Source of the DNA: Candidatus Bathyarchaeota archaeon | GTDB taxonomy: Archaea; Thermoproteota; Bathyarchaeia; 40CM-2-53-6 | NCBI GenBank assembly: GCA_963726255.1 | Contig: CAVSBL010000002.1 | Coordinates: forward strand, 224,001-288,000 | Length of the DNA stretch: 64,000 bases | Direction: 5' to 3' | Part shown: positions 47,583 through 57,987 of the stretch, piece after piece | Position numbering within the stretch: the stretch's first letter is position 1 | Layout: the number at the start of each line of letters is the position of its first letter | The notes under the pieces: model-generated | The model's database searches: none | Seen by the model: the letters and a program-made list of their open reading frames with translations, nothing else | Told to the model about the DNA's origin: nothing | Made by a program: the position numbers and the translations under genes

Positions 47583-49943
47583 ATGAGCGCTGAGAAAACT
47601 GAAACAATGAAGAGATTTCTCCCTTCGATAGGCGAAAAGCGCTGGGACCACAATCTAGAACGAGCGATGTTTGATGAGTGGCAAAAGGAAGGGATTTACG
47701 GCTTCAAACTAGGAAGAGCGGGCAGGCCGTTCGTAATCGACACCCCACCACCGTACCCATCCGGTACGTGGCACATCGGTGCCGTCGCACAATACTCCCA
47801 AATCGACATGATCGCCAGGGCCGAACGAATGTCCGGCAAACAAGTTCTATTTCCAATCGGTTTCGATCGCAATGGTCTGCCCGTAGAAATTTACACGGAA
47901 AATCTATACCACGTAAAAATGCGGGACACACCTAGAGAGAAATTCATCGAACTCTGCGCTACAGCCCTAGACGATCTTGAGAACAACATGCTCGGCATCA
48001 TGAAGCGAATCGGACTCAGCGGCGATTACGCAGGAAAGTATCGGACTGATGAAGCACAGTATAGGAAGCTGACCCAGAGCAGCTTCATCGACCTCTGGCA
48101 TCAAGGGCTTATCTACGAAGCAACCCGCCCCAACAATTACTGTAACGATTGCGGAACAACCATTGCCGACGCTGAAGTTGAATACGAGGAGTTGCCCACC
48201 CGTCTCGTGCACGTGAAATTCACGATCAAAGAGACAGGTGAACCTCTAGTAATCGCCACAACGAGGCCCGAACTCATCTGCTCTTGTCAACTGGTAATAG
48301 TAAACCCATCCGATGAAAGATACATCGGCCTTCATGGGAAACATGCTACGCTTCCAATTTTCGACCGCACGGTGGAAATAAGGCCGCACCCAAGCGCGCG
48401 GCCAGAATTCGGGACCGGCGCCGTAATGATATGCAGTTACGGTGATTACACAGATGTTCTCATTTTCAGGGAGCTAGGCCTCACGGAAATCTTAGCCGCA
48501 GGCCAAGATGGCCGATTGACTGAGGCGGCAGGACCCTACCGAGGGTTGAGAATGGAGGAGGGAAGGTCCAGAATCGTGCAGGACCTTGCGGCTAAAGGTC
48601 TTCTAGTCAAGACTGAGAGCATCGTACATCGAACGCCGATTTGCTCGCGAAGCCATACACCGATCGAAATCATACCCATGAAGGAGTACTACCTTAAACA
48701 ACTAGACTTTCTGCCGAAGCTCAAGCAGCTCGCGAAGAAGATCATTTTTCACCCCGACGCCAACCGACAGATCTTGCTGGATTGGTTAAATTCCATAGCA
48801 ATCGACTGGCCGATCTCACGGCGCAGGGTATACGCCACAGAGATACCTGTCTGGTACTGCAAGAAATGTCGGGCGCCATTTGTCCCACCGGGCGGAGAAT
48901 ATTACAGGCCATGGAGGGACCCGCCCCCCATCGAAAAATGTTCCACGTGCGGTCACACGGAATTCGAAGGCGACAGCCGAACCTTTGATACTTGGATGGA
49001 CTCGAGCGTTTCTGCCATGTTCATAGCCAAGTCTCGGAGGGACTCGAAGTTCTTCAAACGAACCTATCCTGCGAGCATTAGGGCACAGGGAAAGGACATC
49101 GTTCGGACCTGGCTCCATTACTCCATTCTTCGATGTTTCCAACTTACCCGCCAAGCTCCCTTCACGCACGCCTGGATTACCGGAATGGGAATGGATGAGC
49201 AGGGGCAGGCGATGCACAAGAGCAAAGGCAACGTCATAGAGCCAGAGCCAATCCTGGAGAAATATGGCGCGGACCCCTTCAGGTTCTGGAACGCATCCGA
49301 AGCAACCCTCGGTTCAGATTTCCGTTGTTCCGAAGCGCGAATTGCAGCCGCGCACAAGTTTCTAACTAAACTTTGGAATCTATCCAGATTCATTTCCTCT
49401 TTCCCCCAAGTCGAAAGCGCCACCTTGCTTCCCAGTGACAAGTGGATACTCGCAGAACTAGCCGTCTTAGTCCAGAAATGCTCCGCTGGATACAAAGATT
49501 ACAACTTCTTTGTCCCTGCCACAGAAATCAGAGATTTCGTGTGGGAAACCTTCGCCTCACACTATGCTGAGATGGTGAAACCAAGAGCGTACGGTCAAGG
49601 TTTTTCAAAGTCAGAACAGAGAGCAGCGTGGTTCACCCTACACACAGTGCTGAAGAACGTGCTGCTGCTGCTCGCCCCAATAACGCCGTTCTTGACGGAC
49701 CATATATGGCGGCAGCTTTACTCGCCCAAGAGCATACATGTCCAGAAGTTGTCCAAGCCGGCTTGGTCCAAGGCTCACAAACGTTACACGGAGAAGGTGC
49801 TTGCATTCAACCGAGAAGTGTGGAAAGTCAAGAAGGAAAAGAACTTGACCCTCCGCGACCCTGTAGAAATTCAGGTTCCAAGCGTCCTAGCCCCGTTCAA
49901 GGACGACCTGACCCGGATGCATTCGTTAATCCCCAAACCATAG
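47583..49943 (+). CDS. valS: Valine--tRNA ligase
   Basis: DTPPPY, HIGA, ATTRPE editing domain, DWPISR, DTWMDSS, AMHKSKGN. Confidence 0.95.
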   Translation: MSAEKTETMKRFLPSIGEKRWDHNLERAMFDEWQKEGIYGFKLGRAGRPFVIDTPPPYPSGTWHIGAVAQYSQIDMIARAERMSGKQVLFPIGFDRNGLPVEIYTENLYHVKMRDTPREKFIELCATALDDLENNMLGIMKRIGLSGDYAGKYRTDEAQYRKLTQSSFIDLWHQGLIYEATRPNNYCNDCGTTIADAEVEYEELPTRLVHVKFTIKETGEPLVIATTRPELICSCQLVIVNPSDERYIGLHGKHATLPIFDRTVEIRPHPSARPEFGTGAVMICSYGDYTDVLIFRELGLTEILAAGQDGRLTEAAGPYRGLRMEEGRSRIVQDLAAKGLLVKTESIVHRTPICSRSHTPIEIIPMKEYYLKQLDFLPKLKQLAKKIIFHPDANRQILLDWLNSIAIDWPISRRRVYATEIPVWYCKKCRAPFVPPGGEYYRPWRDPPPIEKCSTCGHTEFEGDSRTFDTWMDSSVSAMFIAKSRRDSKFFKRTYPASIRAQGKDIVRTWLHYSILRCFQLTRQAPFTHAWITGMGMDEQGQAMHKSKGNVIEPEPILEKYGADPFRFWNASEATLGSDFRCSEARIAAAHKFLTKLWNLSRFISSFPQVESATLLPSDKWILAELAVLVQKCSAGYKDYNFFVPATEIRDFVWETFASHYAEMVKPRAYGQGFSKSEQRAAWFTLHTVLKNVLLLLAPITPFLTDHIWRQLYSPKSIHVQKLSKPAWSKAHKRYTEKVLAFNREVWKVKKEKNLTLRDPVEIQVPSVLAPFKDDLTRMHSLIPKP

Positions 49944-49995
49944 GTGAATTGCAACAGTTTAATATCACAACCATTGTTGTAGATTTTCGGTTTCA

Positions 49996-50286
49996 ATGAA
50001 GATATCCGAACTAAAGCCTGGGACTAGGAGTGTTAACGTCACGGCTAAAATCCAGGAGATGTCAGAAGCAAGAGAAGTGACGACGCGTAGGGGCGAACAG
50101 TCGCGTGTCGCGACTGCGGTAATCATCGATGATTCCGGCACCGTCAAGCTAAACCTTTGGAACGAGCAGATAGACCAAGTGAAGGTCAACGACAATATTG
50201 CAATCGAGAATGGTTACGTGGACAGCTTTCGGGGTGAGACTCAACTTAACGTGGGCCGGTATGGGAAGCTAACTGTGCAACCCTAG
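49996..50286 (+). CDS. ssb: Single-OB-fold single-stranded DNA-binding protein
   Basis: DDSGTVKLNLW...ENGYVDSFRGETQLNVGRYG. Confidence 0.9.
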   Translation: MKISELKPGTRSVNVTAKIQEMSEAREVTTRRGEQSRVATAVIIDDSGTVKLNLWNEQIDQVKVNDNIAIENGYVDSFRGETQLNVGRYGKLTVQP

Positions 50287-50328
50287 GCCAGCCTCCAAAT
50301 CCCGTTCCGTTGCGGTTGGGGCCGCATT

Positions 50329-51207
50329 ATGAGCGCAGACGACCGCTTCGAGGAAATCAAGCGGCTTCTCGACTCCACAATAAACGAATTCCAAACTCTG
50401 TTCCAGTCAGCCGGTGGTTTCGAGGATTCACGGGTTGGAAATGGCTGGGCCCATGAGAAAATAGCCCCTGAGATTTGCTATCTGCAACCGAAGCCCTTTG
50501 AAGAATTAACCAAAATTGCCGAAGGGCACAAACGAGCGTTATTCAGGAACCGGGTCTTCTCATTCGTGAAACCTAAAGACCAAGACGTGCAATCGACGAC
50601 CTCGCGGCTGAAATTGGTGCCCTTTTGGCGAATCAAAGGCTACCATGAATGCTTCTACTTCCGGGGCAATTCCTACAAGATTGATTTACCTGAAGACGTG
50701 GTCGCCGTGGAGGTTGAAGGCAAAATACGCGACCTACTAGGGCGAGAGGAAGTCGACTCGCAGGGTTTGACTAACCTCGCCAAACGCCTACTCGGAAAAA
50801 AGGAGTGGGTCACCACGAAGGCAATTCGCCTGGGCGATGTTACAGAGCTTGCATACATGTACAAGGAGGGCTCGATTTTCGTGGACGCCGACGGTAAGGA
50901 AAACCTTGAGGCCGAAGCCTTTTTCGATCGCAATTTGCCGCTTCAACAAGTGACGATTAATCAGTTGAAGAAGGAATTTCCAAACGCAGAGTTAGGCGCT
51001 GGTTCGATTACGAAGGAGGACCTGATTAGAAAGCTTCATGCTATGGTTGTGAAGCCGCCAACGGCGTTTTCGAAGATTCTTAGCAATCGCTTTCAAATTA
51101 CGCAGCTGGCGCAGTACTTGATGCCTATGTATTCATTCGTTTTTGAATGGCGCGGGCAAAGAAGGGAACTCACGGTTCACGGGTATACAGGCGGAATTCT
51201 TCAGTAG
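50329..51207 (+). CDS. Hypothetical protein
   Basis: 292-aa ORF; LVPFW...YLMPMY...VHGYTG pattern. Confidence 0.8.
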   Translation: MSADDRFEEIKRLLDSTINEFQTLFQSAGGFEDSRVGNGWAHEKIAPEICYLQPKPFEELTKIAEGHKRALFRNRVFSFVKPKDQDVQSTTSRLKLVPFWRIKGYHECFYFRGNSYKIDLPEDVVAVEVEGKIRDLLGREEVDSQGLTNLAKRLLGKKEWVTTKAIRLGDVTELAYMYKEGSIFVDADGKENLEAEAFFDRNLPLQQVTINQLKKEFPNAELGAGSITKEDLIRKLHAMVVKPPTAFSKILSNRFQITQLAQYLMPMYSFVFEWRGQRRELTVHGYTGGILQ

Positions 51208-51210
51208 AAT

Positions 51211-52659
51211 TCAACGAACCGCGCCGGGCCTGAATTTCTGAATTATCTTTCTGACACGGAAGTATACTCTTCTTCCGTAACGGTTAAGTGTCCACCGACC
51301 GAACAACGCCGCGGCTACTAGAACCACCAGTATGGCGATGAATAAGTATGGTTGCGCCGCCACGTCGTACGTAGCAGTCCCCGAATTACCAAACGTGTCC
51401 GCGGCATTGACTCTAAATGTCCAAGTTCCAACCCGCCAAAGGTCAGAGAACGAACTCGGATACGAGGCTCGCCACGCCTGTATGGTCGGGTCATAGACGG
51501 AATCTAGTTCCGAAACGGTCGATCCCGTAGAGAGTAACAATCGAACAGTTCCGTTCGTCAACAGTGTCCCATCTGGGTAAGTCACTTTCGAGATTATGCT
51601 GACCTGCCCGAAGGGGATCTGAGTCTGTGTTCCATTTACTTCGCTTTGGATGACTAAACTCGCATTTCTGACCTGGAAAGAATCTGAAAACGTATCGGTA
51701 GGCCCACCCTTGTTTCCGGAACCGTCATCAAACGACATTGCCGGTAATTCGAATCTGTATTTCCCGGCAGATGTCGCGTTTGCAAGGATCCTGGCGCTGG
51801 CCATCCACATTCCGTTCACCGAGTCAGCCAAGGAAACCGAAGCGTAAGCCACGGTAGCTTGGTCCTGCAAGAGCAGGATTGTTTGGACTCCAGGTTTTGA
51901 TTTAAGGACAGGGCTTCCGTCAGGGTATTGAAGAGCTAGCGAAAACGCTGCCTGTTCAGTACGCTGGTAAACCTGTTTCGGTTGTTGAAGGATCTTGGGG
52001 GTCAATACGGCCTCCGTCACTGTGAACTTGGATTCGGACACGTAGTCTTGTTGTGCGTTGTCGTAGATTCCCGTACCGTCTATGAAGATAGTATACACGT
52101 CTGTAATGGCATCTGCAGCCACTCTCCATGTGTGGTTGAAATCGCCAGCGGTCGTCGAGGCGAGAGTAGCTTGATGAATGTAATTCCCGGCAGCATCACG
52201 AATTGTTAGCTTAAGGCTCGTTCCAGGAAACAGGCCTCCTCCAACAATCTGTAAAGACTGCGTTCGTTGATACAGCGGCCTTAGTGGCCCCCAAACCCCG
52301 AAATGCGCGGTCGCTTGCGAAGCATCAACGATTGCGGAATTTGAGAGGCTGACTGAATAAGTTCCGAGGGAAGCATTTGCACTTAGTGCCAGGGCGATGC
52401 CCGGTGGCACCATCCCACCAGAGACAGGGGAGAAGCTAGTTCCAGTGAAACGCGTTCTGTTGTCTGCGGGGCTCATAGTCCAAATGTAGTATGTCACCCC
52501 TTGCGAAAGCCCTGACCCAAGGAGCGTAGCCTGCTTATCCCTTGTCGTGTAGAGGGGTTGATCGGTTCGTAAGCTTGCCGCGGCGTAGGCTGGGGTAGGC
52601 AGCAGCGAAATGACAGTTAGTAGACCTAGAATGATTACGAGAGCCCGTGTCTTCTTCAT
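51211..52659 (-). CDS. Secreted, C-terminally anchored Ig-like repeat protein
   Basis: Signal peptide from MKKTR, beta-rich repeats (YPDG), C-terminal TM and basic tail. Confidence 0.85.
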   Translation of the reverse strand: MKKTRALVIILGLLTVISLLPTPAYAAASLRTDQPLYTTRDKQATLLGSGLSQGVTYYIWTMSPADNRTRFTGTSFSPVSGGMVPPGIALALSANASLGTYSVSLSNSAIVDASQATAHFGVWGPLRPLYQRTQSLQIVGGGLFPGTSLKLTIRDAAGNYIHQATLASTTAGDFNHTWRVAADAITDVYTIFIDGTGIYDNAQQDYVSESKFTVTEAVLTPKILQQPKQVYQRTEQAAFSLALQYPDGSPVLKSKPGVQTILLLQDQATVAYASVSLADSVNGMWMASARILANATSAGKYRFELPAMSFDDGSGNKGGPTDTFSDSFQVRNASLVIQSEVNGTQTQIPFGQVSIISKVTYPDGTLLTNGTVRLLLSTGSTVSELDSVYDPTIQAWRASYPSSFSDLWRVGTWTFRVNAADTFGNSGTATYDVAAQPYLFIAILVVLVAAALFGRWTLNRYGRRVYFRVRKIIQKFRPGAVR

Positions 52660-52702
52660 CGTTTGTCGGTTCTCCTCAATTTTCAGCAAACTGCTGGGTA
52701 AT

Positions 52703-52827
52703 TGGCGCCGGGAGAGGGATTCGAACCCCCGAGGCCCGCAAGGGCCACAGGCTTGCGTTGAATCGTTCACTCAAGGCCTGCGCCTCTAGATCGAGTTCTC
52801 ACTGTTAATCCGCTCGGCCATCCCGGC
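52703..52827 (-). tRNA. tRNA-Ser(TGA) with two introns (21/22 at 52786-52805; 37/38 at 52754-52769)
   Basis: GCCGGGA/UCCCGGC acceptor, G73, long variable arm, encoded CCA; splices to 89 nt. Confidence 0.88.
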
Positions 52828-52905
52828 TAGGTACCCCTCAAGGCGATTCCTATTTAAGTTCCGAGACAACTTGCGAGCGATGAAACCTCGAAGGGGCCTC
52901 TTCTA

Positions 52906-53340
52906 GTGTCAGTTGCGGGTTACACATTCCTCCCACACACGACGGACGCATACATTCAGGCGACGGGCTCAACATTGGAGGAAGCCTTTGAGTATGCTGC
53001 AATGGCGCTTTTTGACACCATGTGCGATTTGACAACGATTTCGCCCGACCATGTTGAAAACATGGAAGTTACCGGAGCCGACGAAGTTGCACTTCTACAT
53101 AATTGGCTGGAGTCCTTGCTGCTCAAATTCGAGCTTGAAGGCAAGGTGTTTTCGAAGTTCAAAGTGACTCTGAGCAGGAGGCTGTCAAACCGACTTCAAG
53201 CGAATGCAGAGATCTATGGGGAGCCCTACAACAAGAAAAAGCACGGCGCCAAAGTTGAGGTGAAAGCCGTGACCGTTCACAAGATGGAAATCGTTCGAAA
53301 TGGGGCCGCGACGACAGCGAGGTATATCTTGGACCTCTAG
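52906..53340 (+). CDS. Archease (RtcB activator)
   Basis: HTTDAY, EVKAVTVH and terminal LDL. Confidence 0.95.
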   Translation: MSVAGYTFLPHTTDAYIQATGSTLEEAFEYAAMALFDTMCDLTTISPDHVENMEVTGADEVALLHNWLESLLLKFELEGKVFSKFKVTLSRRLSNRLQANAEIYGEPYNKKKHGAKVEVKAVTVHKMEIVRNGAATTARYILDL

Positions 53341-54386
53341 GTGGCCCGCGCTACTTCCCTGAACCTTGGTATCAACTCTAACTCGGACGGGTCCACCCCA
53401 CGGAGTAGGGCTAAGTATGCTGACACGTAATCGCCGAACATGACAGCGGTAAGCAGCCGTTCTAGCCGATTCCCTCCTAGCCCCTCAAACTCGAGAACTC
53501 GTAATCCTAGTTCCGTCAGTAAGCCGTAGAGTTTTTCTCGGGTTCTCCGTTGCCGGTCGCCCTCGTCTTGGTCCCGGAGGAAAATTGGCTGCGGCTGAGA
53601 GAGTTTGCAAATCATCTTCAAACCTTCAATATCGTCGTGGTATGCTTCGGGCAACGTGTAATAGATCGCCGGGTATTTGCTATTTTCATTAAGTTCGTTC
53701 TTGAATCGGCGTAGTACGCTTGCAGCCTCTTCACTGCCAAAGAGCAAAGGTAACTTGCCTTGGAGCCCCATCGCCATCTGCTTGGCCTTGTTTTGAGGCA
53801 AGGAAACATTCGGCCCAATTGCGCGTACCTGAGCTTGGAGCTTTTCCGACGTGCCTCGAAGGAGGTCTGTCGGTTCTGGAATAACTCCTGCTAAGCCCAT
53901 TACGAAAATTGTCGCGGCCAAGAGTTCCGGAAGGGCGACCCTAGGAAGTAGCCCCCCGGAAACCTTCAGATAGCCTATTTTGTTGCTTATTGATTCGGAG
54001 ATGAGCTTGCCTCCGGAACTAACCGTTATCACTTTAGCGCCACTCCGTATGGCCTGGTCAAACAGGGAAATCGTCTCCTTCGTCTCGCCCGAGTAGCTGA
54101 TTGCAACAAACAATGTGTGCTCTCCAACATATGCAGGAAGTTCCAAGGCCTTACAAACTGAAACCGGTACATCGCCGGCGCTTCTCAGATAGTCGGAAAC
54201 GATGTCGCCAATTATCCCCGACCCCCCAACCCCTCCGAAGACAACGTTTCGAGGCCTTTCAAAGCGCCCCCCACAAGTTGCCGTCGCATCGATGGGAGGG
54301 TGGAGACGCGTAGGGGTCTTCTCCATGACTGAGAGCATGTGAGAGCGGTCAATGTCACTCATTGAGGAGGTATTGTCTAGGTTCAT
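53337..54386 (-). CDS. Bifunctional phosphoglucose/phosphomannose isomerase
   Basis: GVGGSG, SYSGETKET, SSGGKL, NENSK and PEAYH. Confidence 0.92.
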   Translation of the reverse strand: MNLDNTSSMSDIDRSHMLSVMEKTPTRLHPPIDATATCGGRFERPRNVVFGGVGGSGIIGDIVSDYLRSAGDVPVSVCKALELPAYVGEHTLFVAISYSGETKETISLFDQAIRSGAKVITVSSGGKLISESISNKIGYLKVSGGLLPRVALPELLAATIFVMGLAGVIPEPTDLLRGTSEKLQAQVRAIGPNVSLPQNKAKQMAMGLQGKLPLLFGSEEAASVLRRFKNELNENSKYPAIYYTLPEAYHDDIEGLKMICKLSQPQPIFLRDQDEGDRQRRTREKLYGLLTELGLRVLEFEGLGGNRLERLLTAVMFGDYVSAYLALLRGVDPSELELIPRFREVARAT

Positions 54387-54464
54387 GCCGGCCACCATGA
54401 GAGAATGCGGTCTAGTGCAATAAGATTCATCTTCCACACGGTGCCACCCCTCCACAGAGAGAAA

Positions 54465-55328
54465 ATGACCTCTGCAGTGAAGGACCCTAGCCTAAGCGTG
54501 GCGATTCCAGCGTCCTTGGTCGCTGACACTCCACACTTACGGGAGAAAACAGCCAAATTGGGAGCAGTTGCACGAGCCTGCGCGATTTTTGGAGTCCGTG
54601 AAGTCATACTCTACCCTGATGACCTGCGGCGTGACCGGCCCGAGGACATGCAGCTTTGCGCAGAGCTATTGAGTTTTATCGAGACGCCTCAATACCTCCG
54701 GAAGAGACTCTTCAAACTGAGCCCATCACTCAAGTTCGCTGGAATCCTACCCCCGCTGCAGATTCCGTCCCATGATGTTCCTCGCTCGATTCGAGATTGC
54801 AGACAGGGCGACCTCCGGGAAGGTGTCGTGGTCGCCCAACGTGGAGAAACCTTAGCGGTAGATATCGGACTTGAGCATACACTAGAATGCCGCGGAAGAA
54901 TTTCAGTCGGAGGCAGAATCACTGTTCGACTATCCACTACCGAAAAGAGTTTGATTGGTGAAATCGTTGACCCATCCAAGATAAGCATATATTGGGGCTA
55001 CCGGGTTAGACAGCCGAAATTCAGCTTAGGAACCCTGCTCAAGAAGGAGAGATTTGATCTAAGAATCGGGACGTCCCGATACGGAACCAACATACTGGAT
55101 GTTTGGCCGCAAGTAAGCAGTTCAATGAGGAGTGTGGTTTCGGTTTTGGTTGTCTTTGGTTCGCCGCGGTTGGGGCTCACTGAGATTCTGAGCCAAGAAG
55201 GCAAGACTCACAGCGATGCTTTTGATTTCTTGATCAATACCGTTCCGGCTCAAAACGTAGCGACGGTGCGGACCGAGGAAGCAATCTTCATTTCCTTGGC
55301 GCTCTTGAACACGATGAAGTTAGGTTGA
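54465..55328 (+). CDS. SPOUT methyltransferase (DUF171/MTH1 family)
   Basis: ETPQYLRK, AGILPPL, YWGY, QNVATVRTEEA. Confidence 0.93.
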   Translation: MTSAVKDPSLSVAIPASLVADTPHLREKTAKLGAVARACAIFGVREVILYPDDLRRDRPEDMQLCAELLSFIETPQYLRKRLFKLSPSLKFAGILPPLQIPSHDVPRSIRDCRQGDLREGVVVAQRGETLAVDIGLEHTLECRGRISVGGRITVRLSTTEKSLIGEIVDPSKISIYWGYRVRQPKFSLGTLLKKERFDLRIGTSRYGTNILDVWPQVSSSMRSVVSVLVVFGSPRLGLTEILSQEGKTHSDAFDFLINTVPAQNVATVRTEEAIFISLALLNTMKLG

Positions 55329-55334
55329 TGCAAA

Positions 55335-56123
55335 TTGGCAAAGACAGTTAATGTTTATGACGTTGAAGGAAAATCAGTCGGGAAAGTTCCAGTCCCAGAC
55401 TTCTTCGAGTCACCGGTACGTGCCGACCTGATCAGGCGAGCGGTCGTCTCTCTTCAGAGCGGTGCCTTCCAACCACAAGGCCGCGACCCAATGGCTGGGA
55501 AGCGAACGACCGCGGAGTCCTACGGCGTTGGCCGTGGCATGTCCCGCATCCCAAGGGTCAAGGGGGAAAGGTACTCGAGAGGGGGCCTAGCAGGGTTTGC
55601 GGCGGGGACCGTGAAGGGCAGGCTAACCTTTCCGCCAACCTCAGCGCACTATAGTGCTAAGGGAATCAATAAGAAGGAACTCAAGTTAGCTTTTCGTTCT
55701 GCAGTGGCGGCGACATCTTCGAAAGAACTAGTCAAAGCAAGAGGGCACAGGGTCGCTTCAGACCTAGACTTACCCATTGTAGTTTCGGAGGACGCTGAAA
55801 AGATAACGACAAGTTCTGGCGCAGAAAAGATTCTGAGAAATCTCGGCCTCTGGGAAGACGTGGAACACGCGGCCAACCGAAAGGCTCGCAGCGGCAAAGG
55901 CAGCGTTCGCGGTCGACCCTACAAGCATCCGGTCAGCGCGTTGGTTGTAGTTGCAAAAAGGCAGGGTGCCGAAAAGGCCTTCAGGAACTTCACCGGTGTC
56001 AAAGTTGTCGACGTTCAAAGCCTGAACGTCAGCGACCTTGCGCCAGGCACACATGCGGGCCGACTCACGATCTGGACGCAGTCGGCGCTCAAAGGACTGG
56101 ACTCCCGGCTTGGAGGAAGCTGA
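55335..56123 (+). CDS. rpl4: 50S ribosomal protein L4 (uL4)
   Basis: AESYGVGRGMSRIPR and LAPGTHAGRLTIWT. Confidence 0.97.
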   Translation: MAKTVNVYDVEGKSVGKVPVPDFFESPVRADLIRRAVVSLQSGAFQPQGRDPMAGKRTTAESYGVGRGMSRIPRVKGERYSRGGLAGFAAGTVKGRLTFPPTSAHYSAKGINKKELKLAFRSAVAATSSKELVKARGHRVASDLDLPIVVSEDAEKITTSSGAEKILRNLGLWEDVEHAANRKARSGKGSVRGRPYKHPVSALVVVAKRQGAEKAFRNFTGVKVVDVQSLNVSDLAPGTHAGRLTIWTQSALKGLDSRLGGS

Positions 56124-56125
56124 AA

Positions 56126-56395
56126 ATGGCGAAGCTCGCCACGAGTGAGATCGTGAAATATCCTCTGCTGTCCGAGGATGCAGTGACACTCCTGGAGGGA
56201 GAAAACAAAATCACCTTCATCGTTGACATCAGATCCGACAAACATGACATTAAGAGGGCCATTCAAGAGCTGTATGAGGTACGCGTTCAGGATGTAAATA
56301 CCATGATAACGCCCGAAGGCGAGAAGAAGGCGTTCGTTAAGCTAGCGCCGGACTTCAAGGCCTCAGACCTCGCAGTGCGACTCGGAATACTATAG
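56126..56395 (+). CDS. rpl23: 50S ribosomal protein L23
   Basis: ENKITFIVD...KKAFVKL. Confidence 0.96.
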   Translation: MAKLATSEIVKYPLLSEDAVTLLEGENKITFIVDIRSDKHDIKRAIQELYEVRVQDVNTMITPEGEKKAFVKLAPDFKASDLAVRLGIL

Positions 56396-56473
56396 ACCGT
56401 CTTGGGGCAACTCTACTCGGGGGCGGCAACGTTAATTAGAAGATTACCGAACGGAACAGCTGTGTGTTAGAGT

Positions 56474-56875
56474 TTGCCGCGTGAATTCTCATACAGAGGT
56501 CACACAATCGACGATTTGCAGCAAATGTCCATGGACGAATTCATTAGGATACTGCCCGCGAGGCAGAGAAGGTCGTTGACGAGGGGGCTAACGGCAGATC
56601 AGCGAATCCTGATGGAACTCATCCGGAACTACAGCAGAAAGAAAGGAAAAGACGCGAAACCCATCAAGACGCATTGCAGAGACATGGTTATCCTTCCGGA
56701 AATGGTGGGGCTATCCATACTTGTCCACAGCGGAAAAGAATTCACATCGCTCGACATCAAACCAGAAATGATCGGACACTACATCGGCGAATTCATCATA
56801 ACAAACAAAAAAGTCGTACACGGAACACCAGGCATCGGAGCATCACGCAGCTCAATGTACGTACCTCTGAAGTAG
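56474..56875 (+). CDS. rps19: 30S ribosomal protein S19 (uS19)
   Basis: [13 protein letters not shown]...SSMYVPLK. Confidence 0.97.
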   Translation: MPREFSYRGHTIDDLQQMSMDEFIRILPARQRRSLTRGLTADQRILMELIRNYSRKKGKDAKPIKTHCRDMVILPEMVGLSILVHSGKEFTSLDIKPEMIGHYIGEFIITNKKVVHGTPGIGASRSSMYVPLK

Positions 56876-57053
56876 CAGAACTGTTCCCGGAACCACACTT
56901 TCGCTCGACTCTCGCGATTATCTAACTCCCGCTACTACTCTAACTACGTTGCGCTTCAAATCGGAAGAGAATCGGCTCCAAACTCCTCAAACTTCAACCC
57001 ATCCACCGAGGGACGGTGAGATCGCGATCTAGGCTCTTAACGGAGTTCCTGCC

Positions 57054-57598
57054 TTGGGACGTTTAGGTCGCTATCGGCGTTGGTCTATTCGTGTTTCAAG
57101 TCTAACTTTGGCGCATGTTACACGTCTGGCGTTGAGTGAAGGATGGGAGATCAGTGACCTCACGAGGGCGCTGGTCGTTTTTGCCGCTACGGCTACTTGG
57201 CTTGCTTTAGAGAACCAGAAGAACGTGGACATACTGAGAGCAATAGGGGTTCTCGGCCGTATGCGTAACGCCCTAAGCAAACGTATTCCAGGTTCGGTGC
57301 AAAAAGACCATACCCTCTTGCTAGGGGTTCCCAAGACACGGCTGTTATGACCCTCATCCTACCGGCGGACATCGCAGAATTGCTTGAATCCTTTGCAGCG
57401 GCCAAGATAATATCGAAAACGATTTGTGCGCGACCTTCCCACGAAAGGCCTGATCATGTACTTGGCCGCGAAGCAGAGGCTTCTTCAAGCGCTTCAAAAT
57501 CAACGGCGGAGGGCGGAGATCAGCAGCCAAGTGAACATGAATGTACTACCCGGGTACTACATTCGCATTCCCTTTCCCGAGCCCTTGCATGTCATTGA
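57054..57598 (+). pseudogene. Possibly frameshifted gene with ribbon-helix-helix-like segments
   Basis: Two overlapping ORFs, each with a strand-helix-helix-like stretch and a degenerate tail. Confidence 0.35.
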
Positions 57599-57664
57599 AT
57601 AGAGTGTATGTTTTTGAAAACTGAGGATACAATGATATAGAGGGTGGAGGGTCGTTCTCGGCGT

Positions 57665-57919
57665 TTAGTTGCGTTTTCTAGCCAATAGAAAGAATGGTAA
57701 TGCCACGAGGACCCCGACTAGCAGGGAGATCAAGATCACTTGGTAGGAAGGTTGGGTTGGGCGAACTAGGTTGCCCATGGTGTGTTGGGCTTCGAGAGGC
57801 TGGCTGACAAGATTCGGCTCAGGGGAGCGCACGCCCAGACTAGACGAATTAAACGGAACGTAGACTATTCCCAAGCCCAGTAGTATGCCGAGAACGGCTG
57901 CCAACCATAGTTTACTCAT
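57665..57919 (-). CDS. Small two-TM hypothetical protein
   Basis: Starts MSKLWLAA; N- and C-terminal TM. Confidence 0.72.
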   Translation of the reverse strand: MSKLWLAAVLGILLGLGIVYVPFNSSSLGVRSPEPNLVSQPLEAQHTMGNLVRPTQPSYQVILISLLVGVLVALPFFLLARKRN

Positions 57920-57987
57920 TGACCTGGTCGGCTCCCTTGACTCTTCAAACTGGTTAAGCCTACATTTTCGAACAGCAGCCGCCCCAC

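Noticed and set aside
52660-52770. N-terminal extension of the 519-aa ORF
   Set aside because: Runs through tRNA-Ser; the signal peptide starts at 52659
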